Source: Bacillota bacterium (lineage in GTDB: Bacteria; Bacillota; UBA994; UBA5500). From it: a DNA stretch of 62,469 nt. The stretch lies in assembly GCA_023622465.1 (NCBI GenBank), contig JAMNZE010000093.1, positions 1 through 62,469 on the forward strand, in the 5' to 3' direction. The number at the start of each line of letters is the position of its first letter. The stretch's first letter is position 1. The notes under the pieces are model-generated. The model was given only the letters and a program-made list of their open reading frames with translations. It had not been told where the DNA came from and searched no databases. Position numbers and translations under genes: made by a program. Below, piece after piece: positions 28,460-37,645 of this stretch.

Positions 28460-29800
28460 ATGAAACGCATTTGGTTGATCAGTTTAGTTGGATTGCTGGT
28501 GTTAGGAAGTTTGACTTCGGTTGTGCCTCCGGCGGCCGCGGCTAATAGTAGAGGGCCTATGCTGGCGGCTTGGTATGCCAGTGAATTGGTTGGAGTGCCC
28601 CATCGTTTTGGCGGTTCTACGCCGGGGCAAGGGCTAGATAACTCGGGTTTGGTCTACCATGTATTTCAGAAGATGGGTGTGGATATGCCTCGTAGTTTAT
28701 CGGCCCAGTCTAGCTTTGGTAGTGCGGTATCTATGAACCAATTGACCGCCGGTGATCTGGTTTTCTTCAAAGGTCCCAATACCAATAATATTATCCACGT
28801 GGGTATCTACCTTGCCGATGGCGATTTTGTAGCTTCATCGAGCTCAACCAATGGCGTGGTACGACGCAATTTGAATTCCAAGTATTATTTGGAACACTAT
28901 GTGGGCGCACGAAGGGTTTCCACCAGCCGTTTCGCTCCCATCTACCAGGCAGTGGGGCAGGCGGCGCTAGAGACGGTAGGAATGCCCTATGCGGCCGGGC
29001 AAGCCACGGCTGATGGGGTGGACAATACGGGGCTAATGCGCTATATTTACGGTCAGTTTTATCTAAGTGTACCCGGCGATTTACTGGAGCAGGCGTCGGT
29101 TGGGGTGCACGTGCCCCGTTCTCAGCTACGACCGGGGGACATGATCTTTTTCCGCGGTACTAGCACCCCTACCCCTTATCGGGTAGGAATGTATGTGGGC
29201 GATAACGAGTTTGTGGTAATCGATGCTGACTTGGGTAGAGTCGTTAAGCGTAGCCTCAGTACCTCTTTCTATAGCACCCGCTACCTCTGGGCTCGTCGTC
29301 CCTATGCCAACTATGCGGAGCCGGCCAGCTTTGGGATGGGTACCGGTGTACAGCCACCGGCTCAGCAACCACCTGTACAGCAACCGCCGGCCCAGCAGCC
29401 TCCAGAACAGGAGCCGCCCCGAGACTCGGTAGCCGATCAAATAATAGCTTTAGCCCTACAACAAGTAGGTAAACGCTATGCTTTAGGAGCAACCGGTCCC
29501 AACTCCTTTGATTGTTCTGGCCTAGTCTCCTATGTGTTTGGGAAGTATGGCTATAAACTGCCGCGCGCTTCCTACAAGCAAGCCACAGTCGGACAGGTAG
29601 TAAGCCGGCAGGACTTGCAGAAGGGTGATCTGGTCTTTTTCCGCAATACCTGGCGCAACAATGGGTCCATAGATCATGTGGCAATCTACATAGGTGACGG
29701 TAAGATTGTGCACGCCATTACCTCCGGGGTGACTACCAACTCATTGACGGGGTATTGGCTCAACCACTACGCCGGCGCTCGACGTATTTTATCACCTTAA
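28460..29800 (+). CDS. Secreted NlpC/P60 (C40) peptidoglycan hydrolase with three tandem P60 domains
   Basis: Signal peptide MKRIWLISLVGLLVLG...AAAA. There are three NlpC/P60-like units, and only the third keeps the catalytic Cys (FDCSGLVSYVF) and His (IDHVAIYIG). The ORF extends to 28412. Confidence 0.85.
   Translation: MKRIWLISLVGLLVLGSLTSVVPPAAAANSRGPMLAAWYASELVGVPHRFGGSTPGQGLDNSGLVYHVFQKMGVDMPRSLSAQSSFGSAVSMNQLTAGDLVFFKGPNTNNIIHVGIYLADGDFVASSSSTNGVVRRNLNSKYYLEHYVGARRVSTSRFAPIYQAVGQAALETVGMPYAAGQATADGVDNTGLMRYIYGQFYLSVPGDLLEQASVGVHVPRSQLRPGDMIFFRGTSTPTPYRVGMYVGDNEFVVIDADLGRVVKRSLSTSFYSTRYLWARRPYANYAEPASFGMGTGVQPPAQQPPVQQPPAQQPPEQEPPRDSVADQIIALALQQVGKRYALGATGPNSFDCSGLVSYVFGKYGYKLPRASYKQATVGQVVSRQDLQKGDLVFFRNTWRNNGSIDHVAIYIGDGKIVHAITSGVTTNSLTGYWLNHYAGARRILSP
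29351..29419 (+). repeat. Low-complexity Pro/Gln linker repeat inside the NlpC/P60 gene
   Basis: It encodes QPPAQQPPVQQPPAQQPPEQEPP between P60 domains 2 and 3. Confidence 0.8.
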
Positions 29801-29887
29801 ATGGTTAAATTAGGCCAAGCTCCCCATTGGGGATACTTGGCCTATTTAAATGGTTTTGGTAATCTTAGAATAAGGGGGGGGGAGTGC

Positions 29888-31321
29888 ATGTCTAGCTTTT
29901 TCCTAACCGCAATCTTGATTGCCAACATGTTCTTTGCGGTTATTATAGTTTTTGTAGAGCGCAAACGCCCACTGGCGGCCCTAGTTTGGCTGCTTTTGTT
30001 ACTTTTTTTGCCGGTGGCCGGTTTTTTATTTTACATGTTTTTCGGGCAGAAACTGCTTACCCGACGTAAATTCAGACTGAAGCAGGAAGATGATTTGCGC
30101 CACAATCGGCTTATTGCTGATCAACACCGTCAGTTGGCATGGATGCAGGACCGTTCACCAGAAGCCGATGCCGACTACCTAGGATTAGCGCGCATGAATT
30201 TGATTCAGGCATCCGCTCCCATCACTTTAGGTAATGAGGTTACCTTTTATGTTAGTGGTATAGATAAATTTGCCCAGTTGTGTGCCGATATTCGTCAAGC
30301 CCAGCGTTTTATTCACGTGGAATATTTCATTTGGCGAGACGATTTCTTAGGCCGACGCCTGGTAGAGGAATTGACGGCCAAGGCCCGGGCTGGGGTAGAG
30401 GTGAGGGTGATCATCGATGATTGGGGGTGCAAATTAACCCCTGATTCCCTGTTTCAACCCCTGAAGGTGGCCGGCGGAAAGATATATCGCTTTTTACCTA
30501 TCACCCTTAAATTTGTTTTCAATGCCAATTATCGTAATCACAGAAAAATAGTTGTCATCGACGGCAACATCGGTTACCTTGGTGGCATGAATGTGGGAAT
30601 GGAGTATCTAGGCCAGCGCCCTAAGCACAGCCCGTGGCGAGATACCCATCTGCGCATAGTGGGCCCGGCGGTGGCTTCCTTGGAAGCCCGCTTCCTGATG
30701 GATTATATGTACGTATCGGGGGAAGAAGTAGAATTGGGAGAACGATATTTACCCAGTAATGTCTTACGCCCCGGTGAAACGCCGATTCAAATAGTTTCCA
30801 GTGGCCCCGACTCCAAAGAACAACATGTTAAACAGGGCTACTTAAAGATGATCAACAGCGCCACCGAGAGTATACTTATCCAAACGCCCTATCTGGTTCC
30901 CGATGATAGTGTGTTGGAGGCATTAAAGATCGCCGCTTTTTCCGGCATTGATATCAAAATCATGTTGCCTGGCACACCCGATAAGCAGATTGTTTATAAC
31001 GTGACCATGTCCTATGCGGGAGAGTTATTGGAGGCAGGGGCACGAATCTTCCTTTATGACGGCTTCTTACATAGCAAAGCCATCGTTATCGACAGTAGCT
31101 ATTTGTCTATCGGCACGGCCAATATGGACATGCGCAGTTTCTCTCTTAATTTCGAGGTGAATGCTTTCATTTACGATCCAGAAAAGGCGCGCGAATATGA
31201 AGCTATTTTTGAGCAGGATTTGGCCAGCTCACGGGAGTTGCTGCGAGGGGAATACTATAGTCGTGGTGCATGGCAAAAATTCAAGGAAAGTGTCAGCCGG
31301 CTGTTTGCTCCTATCATGTAG
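29888..31321 (+). CDS. cls: Cardiolipin synthase
   Basis: It has two N-terminal TM helices and two HKD motifs (NHRKIVVIDG, LHSKAIVIDS). ATG 29888 lies 5 nt after a G9 tract. The ORF extends to 29801. Confidence 0.9.
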   Translation: MSSFFLTAILIANMFFAVIIVFVERKRPLAALVWLLLLLFLPVAGFLFYMFFGQKLLTRRKFRLKQEDDLRHNRLIADQHRQLAWMQDRSPEADADYLGLARMNLIQASAPITLGNEVTFYVSGIDKFAQLCADIRQAQRFIHVEYFIWRDDFLGRRLVEELTAKARAGVEVRVIIDDWGCKLTPDSLFQPLKVAGGKIYRFLPITLKFVFNANYRNHRKIVVIDGNIGYLGGMNVGMEYLGQRPKHSPWRDTHLRIVGPAVASLEARFLMDYMYVSGEEVELGERYLPSNVLRPGETPIQIVSSGPDSKEQHVKQGYLKMINSATESILIQTPYLVPDDSVLEALKIAAFSGIDIKIMLPGTPDKQIVYNVTMSYAGELLEAGARIFLYDGFLHSKAIVIDSSYLSIGTANMDMRSFSLNFEVNAFIYDPEKAREYEAIFEQDLASSRELLRGEYYSRGAWQKFKESVSRLFAPIM

Positions 31322-31498
31322 CCACCAATTTTCCGGATTAAGGGAGTGTGAACTTTTGCACTCTGATCGAATAGTAGCTCTTCGATTTTGGCGAGTCTAT
31401 AGGAGAACAGTTTTGTTATAATAAAGAAGGGTAAGTTCCTTGGGTACCATATTAGTGGGCATGTGGCTATTTTCACTACAATGATTGGAGGAGTATGT

Positions 31499-32461
31499 AT
31501 GAAGAAGAAGATCCTGATTACAGGGGCTCTCGGTCAAATCGGTTCCGAGTTGACCCTGCACCTACGCGACATCTATGGCGATGATAACGTGGTCGCCAGC
31601 GACCTCAAACCCTCGGTGCCAGAAGGTGCCTTGGAGAATGGACCCTACGAAGTTGTTGACGTAACCGATGCGGATCAGGTAGCTGCCGTTGTCAAAAAGT
31701 ACGATGTCAATCAGATCGTCCACTTGGCAGCCATCCTTTCCGCCGTAGGCGAAGCCAAGCCAACTTTAGCTTGGAATGTAAACATGGGCGGCTTATTTAA
31801 CGTATTAGAGGTTGCACGGGAAACCGGCTGCGGAGTATTTACTCCTAGCTCCATTGCGGCTTTTGGCCCTTCCACACCGAAGGATAAGACCCCTCAGGAT
31901 ACCTTGCAGCGCCCAACTACCATGTATGGTGTAACCAAGGTGGCTGGTGAAAACCTTTGCGACTACTATTACCTGAAATATGGCGTTGACACCCGCGGTG
32001 TACGCTTCCCTGGCCTAATTTCCTATGTGGCTCTACCGGGCGGCGGTACCACCGACTATGCGGTTGACATCTACTATGAAGCGCTACGCAACAAGAAGTA
32101 TTCTTGCTTCATTGCCGAAGGTACCTATATGGACATGATGTATATGCCCGACGCTCTCATGGCTATTTCAACTCTACTGGAAGCTAATCCGGACAAGCTG
32201 GTCCACCGTAACGCTTTCAACATCACAGCCATGAGCTTTGCTCCCGAAGATATTGCGGCTGAAATCAAGAAACATATCCCCGAGTTCGAGATTACCTATG
32301 ATGTGGACCCGGTACGGCAAGCCATAGCCGAATCTTGGCCCAACTCCCTTGATGACAGCGCTGCTCGGGAAGAGTGGGGCTGGAATCCGAAGTACGACTT
32401 GGCCAGCATGACCACCGACATGCTGGAAAAACTGCGTGTGAAACTGAATATCCAGGAGTAG
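31499..32461 (+). CDS. tdh: L-threonine 3-dehydrogenase, extended-SDR (UDP-galactose 4-epimerase-like) type
   Basis: It has a Rossmann TGALGQIGS, a YGVTK catalytic YxxxK, and a length and sequence pattern matching the SDR-type TDH family. ATG 31499 follows GGAGGAG. Confidence 0.75.
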   Translation: MKKKILITGALGQIGSELTLHLRDIYGDDNVVASDLKPSVPEGALENGPYEVVDVTDADQVAAVVKKYDVNQIVHLAAILSAVGEAKPTLAWNVNMGGLFNVLEVARETGCGVFTPSSIAAFGPSTPKDKTPQDTLQRPTTMYGVTKVAGENLCDYYYLKYGVDTRGVRFPGLISYVALPGGGTTDYAVDIYYEALRNKKYSCFIAEGTYMDMMYMPDALMAISTLLEANPDKLVHRNAFNITAMSFAPEDIAAEIKKHIPEFEITYDVDPVRQAIAESWPNSLDDSAAREEWGWNPKYDLASMTTDMLEKLRVKLNIQE

Positions 32462-32511
32462 TAATCAGTCCCCATAGGAAAAACGGTTGCTTGCCATGCA
32501 AGCAACCGTTC

Positions 32512-33471
32512 TTATATGGGTAGCATACTTATTTGCAGTAAACGTTCCACGTGGGAAATAGGGTTGCAAATGGTTAGCCCCCCACCACCGGCGAAAAGCA
32601 GTCCGACTGCCCGGCGCTCATTATCAACCACTAGAGAGCCACTATCTCCCGGAGCACTGGGCAAGTCACTAATAATCTGGTCGGTGAATATGGCCGTACC
32701 TGCTGCACCGTAACTTACCCGTACCGCGGCACGAAGCAAGAGTATAATTCCTTGGGTAACGCCGGTGGTGCGGCCACTTTTCTGCACCAACAGATCCAAC
32801 TCGGCCTCCCGAGTGCCGGTAACAGGGCCGATGCCGAGGATTTCCGGGTCTAAGGACTTGTCGGGTACTGGCTGAGCCACCGCCGCGTCTACCAAATTGG
32901 TGAGTTGGGTCATTGTCCCTTCTGGCCCGTAGTTAAAGGTCGTAATCTGCTGGTTGGCGGTCAGGAAGGTAAGGGCTTGAAAGCGAGCAAGTTTGGCAAT
33001 CAGCGAGTCGGGCAGGCGCCCCCCATCTATGGGGCCGGGGAGAAGGATGGGATCGCCAATATAGGCCCGGTGATCGCGGCCGTTGCTGGAGTTGGCCAGT
33101 ACATGATTGTTGGACAAAATGAGTGGGGCAGCACTCGTTTGATCATAGACTACTGCTCCAAAGGTACCGGCGGTAATACGGTAGTGGCCGATGCTCATAC
33201 CGGGCGCTGCCGTTTGGGTTGGTTGCTGGGTGGATAGGGCTTGAAACGGACCCCCAGTGATGACATCGGTGGGGTAACCGGCGATCGATGCGGGAACGAT
33301 ATCGGCTGGCGCTAGGGCTTGTAAGGGCAGTTTTTCGGCAACCATAACAGTAATACAGAGCTTGTCGGTTTTCCGCCTCCCTTTGACTTTGATGCCAATG
33401 CCTACCCCAACCACATTAGCTTTCTGCAGTAATTGGCCGGCATGGGTCGCTAACGTGGCCTCTAAAGTCAT
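32512..33471 (-). CDS. Chymotrypsin-fold (S1/PA clan) serine protease without signal peptide
   Basis: Candidate triad His (SNNHVLAN) and Ser (PGDSGSLVV). ATG 33471 lies 8 nt after AAGGAGG. The ORF extends to 33615. Confidence 0.7.
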   Translation of the reverse strand: MTLEATLATHAGQLLQKANVVGVGIGIKVKGRRKTDKLCITVMVAEKLPLQALAPADIVPASIAGYPTDVITGGPFQALSTQQPTQTAAPGMSIGHYRITAGTFGAVVYDQTSAAPLILSNNHVLANSSNGRDHRAYIGDPILLPGPIDGGRLPDSLIAKLARFQALTFLTANQQITTFNYGPEGTMTQLTNLVDAAVAQPVPDKSLDPEILGIGPVTGTREAELDLLVQKSGRTTGVTQGIILLLRAAVRVSYGAAGTAIFTDQIISDLPSAPGDSGSLVVDNERRAVGLLFAGGGGLTICNPISHVERLLQISMLPI

Positions 33472-33574
33472 TGCTGCAGCCTCCTTTCGCTCCATCTTAT
33501 GCCTAACACCGGCACAGCAGAATAGCAGGAGCTGCCGCATAGAGAGCGAAATTAGAGGCAAGGAGGGATTTAGA

Positions 33575-34795
33575 GTGAGCCAAATGCTTTCATTGTGTAT
33601 TGGTCGCCATAACAAAGAAGGACCAACAGCAATTCCGAACTATTGCCAACCGGCAGCAGCCGCTGATGCGCGCCGTTTTCATAGCGGTTTAGCCGGTTAT
33701 CAAGTAACCCCCCTCTACGACTTGCCGGGACTAGCCCGGTTAGCGAAGGTGGGTAAGGTTTTGGTAAAAGACGAAGCGGAGCGGTTTGGGTTAAACGCCT
33801 TTAAGGTTTTAGGGGCCTCCTATGCCATCGCCCGTTTGCTAGCTCGGCGCCTCGGCTTAGATACGTGCGACCTAGATTTTGCTAAACTGACGGCTGCGGT
33901 GCAGGCCCGAGAGAAGCAGTTAACCTTTGTTACAGCCACCGATGGTAACCATGGCCGAGCCGTGGCTTGGGCCGCTCAACAATTGGGACAGCGGGCCGTT
34001 GTTTACTTACCCCAGGGGGCCGCTCCTAGTCGGGTGGCCGCTATAGCCGGCCATGGGGCCGAGGCGGTGGTGTTGGATACCAATTATGATGAGGCCGTGC
34101 GCTTTGCTGCTGAACAGGCGGAGCAAAAGGGCTGGTTGTTGGTGCAAGATACGGCTTGGGAAGGTTATGAAGAGATTCCTAGTTGGATTATGCAGGGATA
34201 CACCACCTTGGCAGCCGAGGTATGGGAACAGATGCGAGCCTTAGGCGTGCAGCCGACCCACGTCTTCTTACAGGCCGGGGTTGGCTCCTTGGCCGCATCA
34301 CAGCTGGCCTACTGGCAATCTCAGAAGGAACTGGCCCAGCCCCCTCAGTTTGTGGTGATGGAACCGGATAATGCGGCTTGTTTTTATTTGTCGGCCCAAA
34401 AGGACGATGGGCAGCCCCATGCGGTGACCGGCGATCTTGAGACGATTATGGCCGGTCTTAGCTGCGGCGAACCTAACCCGCTGGCCTGGCCCATCTTGCG
34501 CGACTACGCCGCCGTTTTTGCCAGTTGCCCCGACTACGTGGCCGCCTACGGCATGCGCATTCTTGGTAACCCCTGGTTAGGTGGCCCGCGTATTACTGCC
34601 GGTGAATCGGGCGCCGTGGGTGCTGGCCTTGTAGCCCTCTTGGCTGAGCCGTCTTATGCCCAGTGGCGCCGGCGGTTACAGCTGGATGAAAATTCGGTGG
34701 TGCTCCTAATCAATACGGAAGGGGCCACCGATCCGGTTAACTATGAAAGGGTGGTCTGGGGCGGCCAATATCCGCTACCATCCCTGGAGGGTTGA
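33575..34795 (+). CDS. dpaL: Diaminopropionate ammonia-lyase (YgeX-like, PLP fold type II)
   Basis: It has FHSGLAGYQVTPLYDLPGLA, KDEAERFGLNAFKVLGASYA (PLP Lys) and ATDGNHGRAVAW. The GTG at 33575 lies 7 nt after AAGGAGGG; ATG 33584 is an alternative start. Confidence 0.85.
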   Translation: MSQMLSLCIGRHNKEGPTAIPNYCQPAAAADARRFHSGLAGYQVTPLYDLPGLARLAKVGKVLVKDEAERFGLNAFKVLGASYAIARLLARRLGLDTCDLDFAKLTAAVQAREKQLTFVTATDGNHGRAVAWAAQQLGQRAVVYLPQGAAPSRVAAIAGHGAEAVVLDTNYDEAVRFAAEQAEQKGWLLVQDTAWEGYEEIPSWIMQGYTTLAAEVWEQMRALGVQPTHVFLQAGVGSLAASQLAYWQSQKELAQPPQFVVMEPDNAACFYLSAQKDDGQPHAVTGDLETIMAGLSCGEPNPLAWPILRDYAAVFASCPDYVAAYGMRILGNPWLGGPRITAGESGAVGAGLVALLAEPSYAQWRRRLQLDENSVVLLINTEGATDPVNYERVVWGGQYPLPSLEG

Positions 34796-34896
34796 TAGGA
34801 AGGAACATCAGACCAAATGGTAGGGAAATAGAGGCCCGATGGGTGCCAATACCCATCGGGCCCAAATTTATACTAGGCTCCAGGCTAGTGACTATC

Positions 34897-35721
34897 TCAA
34901 TCATCCTGAAGCGTGATGCTGCCGTTAGAGGTAACGATATCCAACTGAAATTCCCCTTCGCCACGCTGAGCTTCTACCCGGTTGCGGCTGAGGCGTCCCC
35001 CTTCAAAAGACCATTCTCCAGCCCCCAAATTGATGCTACCATTGCTGGTTCTAGCATTCAAACTGACACCCAGTTCCTCCGGTAATTTAACTCTCACTGA
35101 ACCATTGGAGGTGCGTAGGTTATAGTGGCCCCCTTTCTCAGGAACGGTGTTGAGCGTGATGCTACCGTTGCTGGTGCTAGCCACCAGGTTTTTTGGCCCC
35201 TGCTCAGAGGTGACGGTGATACGTCCGTTACTGGTAATGAGAGTAATTTCTTCACTCAAGTCGTGCACTTCTAAGCTGCCGTTGGAGGTCTTAGCTTGTA
35301 CTTTTAGAGCAGGGGATAAGGTAATGGTATAGCTGATTGACTCGTGCAAAGGTGTATCTTTGAAAACAGCTCTTATGACCAGACGGTCCTCCGATTGTGC
35401 AATGCGCGTAGTCATTTGCTCCACCTTCTCGGCGGCAGTAGTTTTACTGGCCGCCCGGGCGTGATAGCGGGCCTCGATGGTGATATCGTCCCCCTCGTTA
35501 CCACCAATCAGCGTTATATTGCCATTTTTCGATTCCACCACCAACTCGGTTAGACCAGCGCTCGCGTGGGTTAAGGTTTCCTTACGTTCTGCTTGCTGAC
35601 CACCGCCAAACAGGTTAGGCAGAAGGTTTAGGTGTTCTGACTGCAAAATTGCCTGGCAAGATATCATAACTATCCAAGTAAGTACAATGATTAATAACCC
35701 CTTTGCCCACTTGTTAGCCAT
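34897..35721 (-). CDS. DUF4097-like beta-strand repeat protein with N-terminal membrane anchor
   Basis: An N-terminal TM helix is followed by repeated TSNGSI(T/R/N)(L/V) units. ATG 35721 lies 8 nt after AAGGAG. Confidence 0.7.
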   Translation of the reverse strand: MANKWAKGLLIIVLTWIVMISCQAILQSEHLNLLPNLFGGGQQAERKETLTHASAGLTELVVESKNGNITLIGGNEGDDITIEARYHARAASKTTAAEKVEQMTTRIAQSEDRLVIRAVFKDTPLHESISYTITLSPALKVQAKTSNGSLEVHDLSEEITLITSNGRITVTSEQGPKNLVASTSNGSITLNTVPEKGGHYNLRTSNGSVRVKLPEELGVSLNARTSNGSINLGAGEWSFEGGRLSRNRVEAQRGEGEFQLDIVTSNGSITLQDD

Positions 35722-35875
35722 CCTCATCACTCCTTATCCATAACCGGCAGCATGGTGCCAGCTGCTGGCAACCATTTGTAACCACCTACAATTACTCTAA
35801 CGCATTCACCAACAAAAAGTTACACCTATTTAGAAAAAGCCCACGCGATTAGCGCGTGGGCTTTGTGCCAGTTGC

Positions 35876-37336
35876 TTATTCGTGCTGGGGACGCATGAGA
35901 GGGAAGAGGATGCTATCTCGGATATTGGGTAAGTCCAGTAGAACCTGCAGCAAGCGGTCAATTCCCATGCCCCAACCGGAGATGGGGGGCATACCATGCT
36001 CCATAGCCAGCAGGTAGTCATGATCCAGCGGCATGGCTTCTTCGTCCCCTTGGCTACGCAGTCGGGCCTGCTCCTCCAAGCGCTGTCGTTGGTCAATTGG
36101 GTCAACCAATTCCGAATAGGCGTTGATTATTTCCGCCCCATTGACAATCAACTGGAAACGGTCCGCGACCGTGGGGTCTTCGTCATTGCGTCGGGCTAGA
36201 GGCGAAAGTTCAATCGGATGAGCCGTTAGGAAGGTGGGGGCAATAATTTTCGGGCGACTGACCTTCTTATACAGCACATCGATAAGGTTGCCTTTGCCCA
36301 GGGCTTCTAGGTTTTCGTGTTCCAGCTGGATTCCCTTCTCCCTGATGGCGGCCAGTAGTGAAGGACCATCCGGGTAAGCATTGATGTCAATGCCCGCATC
36401 TTTCAGTATGAGCTCGCGGAAGGTTACTACCGGCCACTCTTGTGAAAAGTCGATTAGGTGTTCACCGATTTGAATTTCATAAGTACCAAAAACCTTCTCT
36501 AACAGATAGAGAATCATGGAGCGCATCAGTTTCATATTGTCTTCATAGTTCCAGTAGGCGCTGTACCCCTCCACCATGGTGAAATCTTGCAGGTGAACGG
36601 GGCTTATACCTTCGTTACGGAAGTTGCGGGCGATCTCGTAAACATGGGTAAAGCCGCCAACAACCAGCCGCTTCAGGTAGGTTTCGGGCGCAATACGCAG
36701 ATAAACATCGATGCCCAGGGCGTTGTGATGGGTCTGGAAGGGCCGGGCTAACGCACCGGAGGGCTGATTGGTCAAAATGGGCGTTTCAACTTCAATGAAG
36801 CCTCGCTCATCTAAGAAATTGCGCAGCGCCTTTATCAGCCGCGAACGGATTAAGGCGACGCGGCGGCTTTCCGCGTTGGTTATTAGGTCTAAATAACGCT
36901 GGCGATAGCGCAACTCGATATCGGTGAGCCCGTGCCATTTCTCCGGCAATTCTCGTAAGGCTTTGCCCAGAAATTGATACTCCTCCGTCATAATCGTTTT
37001 TTCGCCGGTTTTCGTAGTAAAGGTGGAGCCGGTAATGCCCACAAAGTCACCAATATCTATGATTTTGTGGAAGGCCTTGTAGGCGTCGCCCAGCAAGTCT
37101 TGCTTGAGAGCGATCTGCACGCGTCCCTCCACGTCCTGGAGATGGGCAAAGGTCAGTTTGCCCAGCTTACGGAGGGCCACAATGCGCCCGGCAACCCTGA
37201 CTTTTTCTGTTCCGTCGGGCAGTTGGGCTGCAGCGGTTAGTGTATGGGTAATCTCAAACCGCTCGGGCCAGGGCTGAATGCCCAGTTCCTTGATGGTTTT
37301 TAGTTTCTGTAAACGATATTCGGGTAGGTTAGACAT
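35876..37336 (-). CDS. lysS: Lysine--tRNA ligase, class II
   Basis: It has an N-terminal OB anticodon-binding domain, RQRYLDLI, FRNEGIS, and motif 3 GWGMGIDRLLQVL. The second ATG (37336) lies 7 nt after GGAGGA. Confidence 0.88.
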   Translation of the reverse strand: MSNLPEYRLQKLKTIKELGIQPWPERFEITHTLTAAAQLPDGTEKVRVAGRIVALRKLGKLTFAHLQDVEGRVQIALKQDLLGDAYKAFHKIIDIGDFVGITGSTFTTKTGEKTIMTEEYQFLGKALRELPEKWHGLTDIELRYRQRYLDLITNAESRRVALIRSRLIKALRNFLDERGFIEVETPILTNQPSGALARPFQTHHNALGIDVYLRIAPETYLKRLVVGGFTHVYEIARNFRNEGISPVHLQDFTMVEGYSAYWNYEDNMKLMRSMILYLLEKVFGTYEIQIGEHLIDFSQEWPVVTFRELILKDAGIDINAYPDGPSLLAAIREKGIQLEHENLEALGKGNLIDVLYKKVSRPKIIAPTFLTAHPIELSPLARRNDEDPTVADRFQLIVNGAEIINAYSELVDPIDQRQRLEEQARLRSQGDEEAMPLDHDYLLAMEHGMPPISGWGMGIDRLLQVLLDLPNIRDSILFPLMRPQHE

Positions 37337-37342
37337 CTGCAT

Positions 37343-37605
37343 TCCTCCTCAAAAAATAAAGCCCTTCTTCCCTGAAGGGACGAAAGGCTTCTTTCGCGGT
37401 ACCACCCTGCTTGGCCACCAAAAGGTAACCCGCTCTTATCCCGATAACGGGGGACAACCGTAGGGCTCGGTCCGAGTAATGCTACTCGTTTTTCTCACCC
37501 CAACTCCGCGGCTTTCTTCTAGGCGCCTTCATGCTGCGCTTCCACCAATGCGCAACTCTCTGGGAATCCGGAACAGCCTATACTTCTCCGCATCATCGCT
37601 ACTCG
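37343..37605 (-). promoter_or_regulatory. T-box leader (Lys specifier) with terminator
   Basis: On the minus strand, the stem I base is AGCGATGATGCGGAGAAGTA. There is an AGAGAG bulge and a GGTGGAA distal loop. The specifier loop is GAAGAAAG (37512..37519). The T-box AGCAGGGTGGTACCGCG lies at 37395..37411. A terminator plus T6 lies at about 37351..37392. Confidence 0.85.
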
Positions 37606-37610
37606 TAAAA

Positions 37611-37639
37611 ATCATACTGGAATGGCTAGGCCGAGTCAA
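37611..37639 (-). promoter_or_regulatory. Sigma-A-type promoter of the T-box-lysS transcript
   Basis: On the minus strand: TTGACT, a 17-nt spacer, then TATGAT. Confidence 0.55.
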
Positions 37640-37645
37640 GGGCAA

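Noticed and set aside
33362-33574. A 5' extension of the dpaL ORF that overlaps the divergent protease gene.
   Set aside because: The homology to diaminopropionate ammonia-lyase begins after the GTG at 33575, which has an AAGGAGGG RBS. The extension looks non-coding.
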